Shown here: positions 12,585 through 22,800 of the stretch, one piece after another
How positions within the stretch are numbered: position 1 is the stretch's first letter
How the letters are laid out: each line of letters begins with the position of its first letter
Assembly: GCF_964204645.1 (NCBI RefSeq)
Contig: NC_134028.1
Span: 15,569,653-15,633,652 of the forward strand
DNA length: 64,000 bases
Origin: Tubulanus polymorphus
Lineage: Eukaryota; Animalia; Nemertea
Direction: 5' to 3'
Translations under genes and position numbers: made by a program
Notes under the pieces: model-generated
The model's input: the letters and a program-made list of their open reading frames with translations, nothing else
Databases searched by the model: none
What the model was told of the DNA's origin: nothing

Positions 12585-13036
12585 TAAATCCCCGCCCTCT
12601 GTGTTGCACGCCACAAACCTTAAGATTCCTGAACGGAGAGTTGCCAATAAATTGCCCATGGGCAAAGTGGTTTACCTTGGAAAGGGGATGAAAAGTGTTA
12701 CATGTGAAAAATCTATTTTAATTATAGAGTTCTAAGATCTTTTTAAATTGTATTTTACATTGTGACATTATGATAGGACAACGAGAGTTGAAATGATGAT
12801 ACTCACCACCTTGTTCATGGCTGCATTCTTCCAGGGCTGCGTTTTTCAAAGCGGTGATAAGCCCTATCCCGGTGATAAATCGCTATCCCGGTGTTAAATA
12901 TTTCTATCACTGGGATAGTGTGTTTTTCAAACCTGTGTTAACTTTATCACCGGGATAAAATCAGCTATCTCAGTGATAAAGTTAACACACCTCCAACGTG
13001 GTGATAGCAACACTATCACCAGGATAAATTATCAAA

Positions 13037-14488
13037 ATGGCTGCCATTTTTTATGATGATATCTATCAAGAACGAATTTATAGACACCCACGCCGCTATC
13101 GATATCATGAAACAGTTAAATTTGCAATTAATGATTATTCAGAAAATGAAGTGAGACAGAAATATAGATTTAGTTCGGAAAATATCACACGAATAACAGA
13201 TTTAATTCGAGAAGATATAACGTATGATACACAACGTTCCAATGCACTTTCTGCTGAGTTACAAGTGAAGGTTGCTCTCCGATATTACGCAACGGGTAGT
13301 TATTTGGAAGCACTGGGTGATACTTTTGGTCTTGTTAAATCAACTGTTTGGAAATGTGTCCATAGAGTATCAGAGGCGCTTGCCAGAAAAAGTAACGAAT
13401 ATATAGTCTGGCCGACCACAGATCAGGATAAAAATCGAATACGCCAAGGTTTCTACGATTTTGGAGGTTTTCCTAATTGTATTGGTGCAATTGATTGTAC
13501 GCAAATTCGTATCAAGGGCCCGCAAGAGAATGAAAATGCATATGTCAACAGAAAAGGATTTCATTCAATAAATACCCAGGCAGTATGTGACCATACAGGT
13601 ATGTTTTGCTTCTTGTTTGTTGGTTTATTCTGTCAGTATCGAGTTTATCAGTAAATCAACTTTCTTTTAAATAGGTAAATTTATCAATGTTGTAGCGAAG
13701 TGGCCAGGCTCCTGTCATGACTCACACATTTTCCGCAACTCGGCACTCAAGAGGTAAAAAATTGGTACCTTGTTTAAATTTATATTGTCTAAATTAATTC
13801 AATTATATTGTCTGAAAATTGCATTTTAGATATTTAGAAGATAATTACAGAACCCTTGAAGACGGATTGATTATTGGTGATAGTGGCTATGGTTGCTCAT
13901 CTTACCTAATGACACCATATTTGCGGCCAAGTAATCTAGGACAGGAGCGTTACAACCGAGCGCATACATCATCAAGAGTACAAGTTGAAATGGCTTTTGG
14001 AAAATTGAAAAAACGTTTTTTGGTAATTATCAAATTACCCAATTGCTGGGAAGCAACTATGACTAGAATTCAACTTCCACTTTTCAAGAACTACATTTGT
14101 TTTAGGTTTTTACGATGCATCGATTAAATCGCAATTTTCTATTTTCTTGAAGAACACGGATACATACTTCAAGGGGATAAACAATTAATTGCAGTTGATT
14201 AACTGATTGAGACTCTATCAGACAATCAAATCAACTATAGAGAAATAGCATACTAATTTTTCTATACATTATTTTCAGGTTCTTCATGGTGAAATGCAAT
14301 TGAAACCAGCATGTTGTTGTCATGTAATTGCGGCGTGCTTTGTGTTGCATAATCTAGCCATAGAATTTGGAGAACCCGACGTGGAATATGAACCACAACA
14401 ACAAATTCCGATTTGGTTGGAGCCGTATGAAGGACGAGATATTGGCAATGCTGTGAGGAATCACATTGTGCAGACTTTTTTCAGATAA
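13037..14488 (+). CDS. Harbinger (HARBI1-like) DDE transposase, 4 exons, 347 aa
   Basis: Exons 13037-13598, 13675-13753, 13830-14022, 14279-14488 with GT-AG introns total 1044 nt in frame; motifs GAIDCTQI, WPGSCHDS, IGDSGY, RVQVEMAFGKLKKRF, ACFVLHN. Confidence 0.93.
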
Positions 14489-14687
14489 CTGGTGCGTTTT
14501 GAGTTTAGATTTCTAAAGAAAACTAGAAAGCTCATATCTGTTAAATATAATCTATTCATGTAATTAAACTCATTGAAAAATGTCGACAAATATCTGAAAA
14601 TCATTAAACATATAATCATTGAACGGATGAATTTTGGAAGCCTGTTGGCTGGTTAAAATAAGACAAACATGTATCTTATTGGTTAAA

Positions 14688-15915
14688 TCATTGTTCATTT
14701 ACAACTTTTACGCCATTCTGCTGCTGCAGTAAATATATTTCCAAAATAATCTTTTCATTTTGAAGTCCCAAGTTGGTATTTGTCAAACGCAATCTTTCAC
14801 TATCTAATTTCAGATTTTCGTATTGAACCCGCCGAATCATATCCTGAGTTACACGGATTGGCTGAGGAATCTTTGGTTTGTTCGAAGTGGCCTCCATATC
14901 TGTAAATGAAATTTTATCGTAACTGTTACAATAAATATTACATGTTTATCGATAAGGCATTTATTGTATATTTCATTTTTTCATCTATGAACGACATGAC
15001 ATTACGTGCCTGCTTCCTTGCAGTCATTTAATGTTGTGGTGTCACTTGTTTCGTGAGTGAGTTGCTGAGGTACTGTGAAAGGGAATCAAGATTGAAATAT
15101 TTGAATTGATACATTCATGGAACAAAGCTAAAGCTGGTAGATTTTGCATAGTATTCATGTGACAATGGCATATTACATAAGAAAGAATACAATATGCAAT
15201 ACAAAAAATACAATCAGCTAGGCCTACCTTCAGTTAAGATTGGTCTTTCATCAGATTCTGGGTGTTTCGAAATTGTAGCTGTAGGCGGTAGACTGGTAAT
15301 AGTAGACCTACTGTCAAAGCCTGAAATGTATGAATAAAATACATGCAGGCCTACCTGCGGACTACTACAAATAACTGCAGTTTAAATAATTCGGCCTTCA
15401 AGATATAAAACTGTCAAAACTGTATATTGCTGTTTTAAATTTAATGATTCTTTGAGGGCGTCATTAAGAAAATAATGGGTTAATTTTTGTATATTAAACT
15501 TACGATCTGTTTCTACACCGGCATCTATTCCATGAAAAGAAGGACAGTCTTCAAACATACCCAAGATTACTTCATCCGTGTCGTTTAATGTCGCTGTGGG
15601 CGGGCCACCTCCTGTTTTCTTGATATCGTTTTTCATAAGTGACAAACTTTTTTTTGCGCCTGAAACGCAGTGCTTCCATTTATCTTTCACCTCACTAACA
15701 GTCCTTTCGCAGATACCTAGACTATTAATTTGAGCGACAATTGACTCCCAGATCTTCTGTTTCTTCATATTCGTTACAGTGTTTGTTAGTTTTGAAAATA
15801 GTACATCTTCATTAGCCTTCACCATTTCAGTTAGAATAACACGCTCACTCGAAGTAAAATTAGCTTTTCGTTTCCTTTTTAGGTTAGAATTCTTGTCCTC
15901 AGAAAATTTATCCAT
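14688..15915 (-). CDS. Harbinger Myb/SANT-like DNA-binding protein (NAIF1/MSANTD-like), about 259 aa
   Basis: Exon 1 (15504-15915) has RKANFTSSE...KQKIWESI...RTVSEVKDKW...KKTGGG; probable exons 15228-15320, 15010-15072 and 14688-14899 (coiled-coil C-terminus) total 780 nt in frame. Middle exons are less certain. Confidence 0.85.
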
Positions 15916-16655
15916 TGTGTGTCTGTGACTGTCTGACTTAAATTGTGGTCTTGTACAGAGACATATAGGAACAAAATATTGATTTCTTTTTCATTGTTAT
16001 GGTTGCTCGGTGACTGATCATGGCAATAATACATCCATATATGTGACATAAGATAAACAAAATATATGAAAACACCACTGTGTAGCCTCAGTGATCCTGT
16101 GATGTGAAGAAATCCTATATGTTAGTTCTTGAAGTGAGAGATTAGGCTGAAATGTCAGCCATTTTCTTTATGTTATCACTGGGATAAATGCTCTTATCCC
16201 GGTGATAGTTATCACTGGGGTAAAATGCTTTTGAAAAACGAGAAGTTATCCCTGTGATAACAATCACCGGGATAGTTAAATTTAACACTGGGATAGTCTT
16301 ATCACAGGGATAACTTAACACTGCTTTGAAAAACGCAGGCCAGAAGTCTATCACATAATTTTGTGACTATTTTGGGCTTATGATAACCGCCAGCAGAATA
16401 TCGATCTTTTTGCATCTAGGTTAAACCACAGGCTTCTAAAATATGTATCTTGGCACCCTGATCCAGTGGCAATAATAGAAGGTTCCAATAGGTTCCAATA
16501 CTATGGGCACTGCGATCGTAGCCTACTTTTGATCATGGGTCATGTGACCGCCCCCATCTTGGAATTGACTGCTTACCACCACTTTCAATACAATTTCATA
16601 CCGTTTGCAGTTCAGAATAGAAGCATTCAAAGAAAATTGCGTGATTCACAATTCT

Positions 16656-16661
16656 TTTATT
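16656..16661 (-). promoter_or_regulatory. Candidate polyadenylation signal (AATAAA) for COX6B
   Basis: tttatt on the plus strand, about 127 nt downstream of the COX6B stop codon. Confidence 0.4.
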
Positions 16662-16787
16662 TTCAAACAAATCCTTTAATCAAGTTACGTCCACATCAAA
16701 CAATTCAAAATCAAAAATTCTGTGAATATTATTATCTGATCTAACCCATACACTAGTTTACATATGAGGAACTATGATGTCCTAGCA

Positions 16788-16841
16788 TTAGATTTTTCCC
16801 GGGAATGTACCCTCTTCTCTCTGCTCATCCCATTTTTCATG
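16788..16841 (-). CDS. COX6B1: COX6B last coding exon
   Basis: ttttttag|CAT GAA AAA TGG...ATC TAA = [17 protein letters not shown]. Confidence 0.93.
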   Translation of the reverse strand, partial: HEKWDEQREEGTFPGKI

Positions 16842-19800
16842 CTAAAAAATAAAAATAAATTTACATAATCAAGACACATGTACTGTTTTGATGTTTTCAT
16901 CATTATGTATTCTACATGTAGGAGACACTGGTTCCAAGGACCACTTTCTAATGAGTCTACAATGCTCGACAATCAGTTAATTTCCATATTCGATGCCCCT
17001 GGTGAACATATACAGAAACCAATGAGCTTGAAAGTAGCAATGATCATAGAACGTTATATGCAACGACTTTGTAATTGGCTGCGATTACTTAACAGACCGG
17101 TACATAGGAACTGATGTAAATAGAAATGTATAACCAATAACATTCACAACGGAGAAATAATAGGCCTACCACAACAAGCTACTTGTGGGACAGTTGTGAA
17201 AGCTGGGAAAATGAATATCGCCCAATGCTATACATCTCTCCATCTGATGATGAATTTTTTGCATGTTGACACTATACTTAATCCGGAATTCTCATAACCT
17301 TGGCCCAAAATGAACCTTAATGAGCGAAGACCATATCTTACGACTAAAAGTATTCCAGCCAGTGCCCAGTTTTAACATTTTGGTGCTTCTTTTTGCGGTT
17401 TTAGGCTATAATGAAGTTGAGGCCGCATTGTTTTTTGGTATGTGTTTGCTTGATTAATTAGTTTTGATGTAAGAAAGAACAATAGTTTTCCTGGTTTCAA
17501 TGTAGCCTATTTGTAGTGCAATCCTCTAGTCTTCGAGTTATATCTGATTCTGCTGTTGAAAGCAGTGTTCCGAAATTAAAGCATAGTGGTGCTTAGAAAA
17601 TGCGCCAGCCCACTCCAGGAATGAGGGGCAACCCTGGAAAAATTTCATATTTCTTGGTGCTCAGATGCGTTTTCCCAGCATTAGGGGCCATAATCAACTG
17701 GTTCAAATTTGGTAATTTTTTTGTAGCGATCATTGGCAGTTTGCTTGAGGCACTTATCTGCCGTATATGGTAGGCTTATGTCCATTAAACAGATCCATAT
17801 TCTCATATCTATTAATATAATCCAATTTTATCATGCAAGCTTGGAAAGCATTTATTAATTTCTATTTGCAAAATATTTTGGTGACTGCGATAAGTTATGA
17901 TGATGAAGTTTTTCATCTCGATAGGAGACTAGAAAAATTGAGGCTGATAGTTTGTCTATTCAGCGCGCGCTGAGCGCAACAGTGTGACCTTTGTTGGCAT
18001 TGATTTTTTTAGGAAATCCCTGGATATTTATACCACCGGTAGTTCAGTGTGTGCTTACGCTAAATTATACAATTATTGATTTACAGAATTTATACTAAGT
18101 GAGACGGAGCTATGAAGTGTTTATACAATTGATGCACCGGGAATAAAATTGAGCATATGAACCTGACAGTCTTAAGGCTGGCTTATGTCGACAAGCAAAG
18201 CGACGCCTACGGACGCAACTGGGTTTATCACCAATTAGCGGCAACTAGCGGCCAATGAGAGGCCACCAGTTGCTGCTCTATCGGTTCGACATAAGCCAGC
18301 TTGCGACAACAACGCGAAGCCTACGGACTCGTCGCTAGTCGTATCAGGCTAGTTGCCCATGTTCTACTCCGGCCTACAGCAGGCGGACAGTTGCTTTCGA
18401 TCGGAACCGACATAAGCTCATCTGCGACGACCGCATATACGTAGTACAAATTATGACCGCTAGTAAGCGTCATTCGTAGTTAGTCATAAACTTTCAAATT
18501 CAAGTATTTCGAAACATAAATCAGCACGGCAGATGCCTGGACCAAAGATCTAGAGGCGAAATTGGTAGAATTATGGTGTGAGCGGCCATCTTTATATGAT
18601 ATCGCTAGTACATTGTATTCAAAACAGAATCAGAAAGACAAAGATCTTATAGAAATAACTTTTTTAAAAGAAATATATTCCCCAATAATTCAAAATAAAT
18701 CAAATTTATTCTCAAAATGCTTATCACGTGACCGCCTGAGCCGTTGCAGTTGCCAGTAATCGTAACCAACATAAGCAGGGAAGCAACTGGGAGGATCTCA
18801 TATCCCAATAGTCGACCTCAGTTGCTGCGAATCGGAGCGCAGTCGGCATAAGCTGGGCTGCTCTCAGTTGCGTCGGTAGGAGTCGGTAGGCGTCGCGTTG
18901 CTTGTCGACATAAGCCAGCCTTTAGAAAGCCAGATAAGTAAATGAACTCCTGATCATTTTCTTAACCCTTACAATACCACTACCATATAGCATACGGTAC
19001 GAATTGGCAAGCTAGCATACCCGTACCGTATGTGATACGGTAATGCTTAACCCTTCTTCTAGAAGGGCATATCTATCAGTATCAGCCGGTGCTGCCATCT
19101 GCATAAAATCCAAGATGGCAGCAGCCAGGAAAAAAACTATTTGGCTGGATGAAACTGTTCAGCAGCTCGTATATGATGCTGACAGTGATGCTCATGACTT
19201 GGAATTTGGTAGTGAACAAATTGAGAGTGACAACGAATATACCAGTGCAGTTCAGATGATGAGACTTAGTCAGAAAATGAGTTTAGTGCCGGCAATGACG
19301 TTGATGATGAAAATGAAATCAGTGACAATTTTTTAGATCATGTTGATATGGTTGTCATGGCAACGGACACCAATAACAATAACGAAGTACCAGAAACTGT
19401 CCATCCTCAAGGTCACATATATCGAAATTATTTCTATATTTGTTAGCCCAAAGGTTATCAACACCATGGTATGTAATATATCAGTGTCAAATATTACAAT
19501 TTTTGGAACTAAAATTTGAATTTCCGAGTAGTACTTACCCTTTCCTATGGTTTTTGCCAATATTTTCTAACTTTGGATTGATCGCCAATGGTTTTTCTAT
19601 AGGGCCTACGACCCGGCCCTGCGGTATTGCATTTAGCCACCGGCGAAATCCGCCATCTGTTTACGTCACAGCAGACCCAAAAATGCAGCTATGCGGGGCA
19701 GGTGGGCGGGATTCCCACCATAGGAAAGGGTAAGTACTACTCGGAAATACAAATTTTAGTTCCAAAAATTGTAATATTTCCGTCGAGTACAGTACCCTTT

Positions 19801-22800
19801 TTTTGCTAGACTAGCCTAGCACAAGCAAGGTAAGAGGGAAAAAAGAGAGCACTTACCCAAGCATGGAATGGAGCACTGTAGCACAGGGAAGACCGGTTGG
19901 CCACAGTGAGTCCTTTCAGCTTGCGAATATGAGCTCAAACCATGTACATGGATGCACCCCTTGTAATCCTGATAATGCAAACATAAAAATTCTATGCTTA
20001 AGAGTCCGATCCGAAAGAACGGACACCTTGAGTCATAACAACAGGACCGAGTTATATCTTATTCTGCTGTTGAAAGCAGTGTTCCGAAATTAAAGCATAG
20101 TGGTGCTAATGAGCGTAACTGGCCTGAAACATCCCGTAAATAAACTGACGATGGAGAATTCCAAAAGGCGGCCCCACAGACTTCTTCCAACGGAGCACCT
20201 GAAAAGGCTGCGCAGGAAGTAGCCATAGACCTCACTTGATGAGAAACAACACCCCCTGAGGAAAGATTCTCCTTTAATAAAATGTCCTTGATCAGTGAAG
20301 AGTCCAGCAGCGGAATAAATAAACGCTCCCGCGAACCCCTTCGTGGAGCAGAGCGATCTAAATAGAAACACAACGCCTGTACAGGACATAACGTCTGTCC
20401 GGAAGACCCGGTTCCACTCAATGTCTTCATTCCACTCAATGTCAGGGCTTCAATTCGCCATTGACGACCAACCGAGCCTGGCCGTTGGTTCTTTGCAACC
20501 CGCGCCGAAGATTCGTAGTTGTCACCCACCAATGAAAATCTGTACTTAGATCGGTTGGAGGTACGGGAATCAAGGTCTCCCAGTTGCCCTTCGACTGAGA
20601 CCAGAAGACCTTCCAATATTGTTGTAAGCGCCTGCTTCTGAGGCGGCCTAAGGGCACCACCAGATCCATGGAGCTGATGGAGCCTAGAAACCGTGACTAG
20701 TAACCAGCTGTTCTCGGGGTTGTGGGCACTCCCGCTACAGCTTCTTGAAGCGATTGTTGAAGCTGCGCGCTAGTTCTCCAACCGGCATCCTTAGCCGCCT
20801 GAGAAAGCGCTGAAGTTTGAGTTGGTCCGGTTTGCTTCAGTGCCGAACCCTGCCCCGCCGGTGTCGGACCCGAACGCTTTTTCCACGAAGTTCGGACGGT
20901 GGACTTGGTCTGGACCTCCCGAATCTTCCTCAGCTCGGCGGAAACAGGAGCGCACCAACCGGAGAACAGACATGAAGACGTTCCCAATGGAGCTCTCAGC
21001 AAAGAATTGGACACAATATCTGGTAGACGAGCTTTGGAACTGGAGCCCATAACTGACTGACGGGAGGCTAACACAAGATTAGCCTGACCCCAAACCGACA
21101 TCAGAATTACATGTGAAACAGACTGAGCCAAAGATTGGATAATCCGGTCCATTCCCTCAAGTTTTAGGGCAACTGACTCTGGGTTGGAGCCCGCATGGAC
21201 GGCGGCGAGAGTTTCGCGAAGCTCACCCGTCAACACCTTTAGTGCCATATCCTGAAATGAACCAACACTGGTAAGATTATAAGATAAAATCCCACTATTT
21301 ACAGATTAAAAGAATTCAAAAACCAGAATTTATTTATTAAATCTAAAATATTTAAAAGACACGACGTTTCGATCTCACCCTAGAGATCATCGTCAGGTGT
21401 GAGAAATAGACTAAAAACAGGGGTATATATAGAGGAGGACAGGTTAATTGAGTAACTTTACTCAATTCTTGTTCCAGGGCCACATTCACCCCACAATTGC
21501 ATATCTAATCCAGCCCATTCTCTTGAAACCACTGACGATTCGCGTAAAACATTAAGATCAAAGTCCGGAGGGCAATAAGCTTCCATTGACTCACCGACCA
21601 GAGGAGCTGCTCTGGCCTTAGCGCGAGTTGCCCCGTGTTTGACAAAAAACTCACTTATCATTGCTCTAAATGGCATGTCCCCCGCTGGTTCGGATAAAAC
21701 TGAACGGGACGGAGATACATTGCGAGCCAGGGAAGTCCCCATTGTATGGGGCAACCCAAAATTGCTTGCGGCAGGAACGACCCCAGAAGGAATTGCCGCT
21801 TCTTGGACCGGATCATCATTGAAATCAGACCCTACCCCAGCATCAAGGAAATCAGAGTCAGAATTCCGAATAATTGAGTGGGCTGGCGAACTTCTAACCA
21901 GACAATCAGGAATAGGCTTACCTGTTGTAGAAGTTGTAGCAACTTGTTGCCACGACGATAACTAGTTTAAAATTTTTTCTTCAAATATATGGAAATCCTT
22001 CTGAGTCAGGAATTTTCCTGTATCCCGACGATCATGACGACTTCAGTGAAGGTCCCTCGATTGGGATTGAGACCTGCTTGAAGAATTGCCTTCTTCGCTA
22101 AACGATGTCGACGAACGATGAGACGATGGACGGCGAAACTTTCTGTAATAACGATTGTAATCCCTCTCGCGATCAATCCTTGATCTGCCAGAAAGAGACC
22201 TTGCGTGTTTATTACGCTCACGGCGTCTGGACCTAGTAGGCAAGCTCTATCCCCGGAGCGACAATGACTATGATTCGAAACGTCAGAATCAGACGATGTA
22301 CAAACTGGAAGTTTAGAACCGGGTGACGTCTGGACCGGACCGGTGCCGGAACCGACCCGGACGGGTACCGACCAAACTGGTGCCGGTATCTCAACTACCG
22401 GGGCGTGCTCTCGGTTCAGAACATATAGTCTGAACCGGTGATCGACCAGCGACCGGTGATCGACCAGCGACCGGTGGCGGAGAACAAGCGTTCCTCCCCG
22501 ATGAACGGAGTTGGGAAGCCGATCGGCAAGTACGATCGGCGACCGCTCCACTATATGATTTGAAATAGAATTAGAGACGTAGGTTGGCACATCCGCCAAA
22601 ACCGACGAACCCCTTCTCTTAACTCGATGACGATCTTTCAGCTTCCAAGCATTATTGGCCCGAATCCAAAGGTCCTCGGACCAAACCTCGCAAGTCTTGC
22701 AAGGATTACCCCTACACGACGCACAAGAAACGTGGTTATCCCAGGCACCAAATAAATGTCCACATCCCTCACCTTTAGAAGGGGGCGGCATAATGATTCA

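Larger units (their letters stand above)
12835..16340 (+). mobile_element. Autonomous-looking PIF/Harbinger transposon (3.5 kb)
   Basis: TIRs G(G/C)CTGCGTTTTTCAAAGC.GTG.TAAG; CAG TSD at 12832-12834 and 16341-16343; about 6-7 subterminal tatcaccgggata-like motifs at each end; convergent transposase and Myb/SANT genes. Confidence 0.93.
20697..22791 (-). pseudogene. DIRS gag-like ORF, fragmented
   Basis: N-terminal Cys/His finger CGH...DNHVSCASC...CKTCEVW, an Arg/Ser-rich linker, and helical C-terminal pieces at 21458-21754 and 20697-21248. Confidence 0.75.

Noticed and set aside
13037-14488. Domesticated host HARBI1/NAIF1 genes
   Set aside because: Both genes lie between TIRs with a TSD and subterminal repeats, so they are treated as transposon genes and given no symbol.
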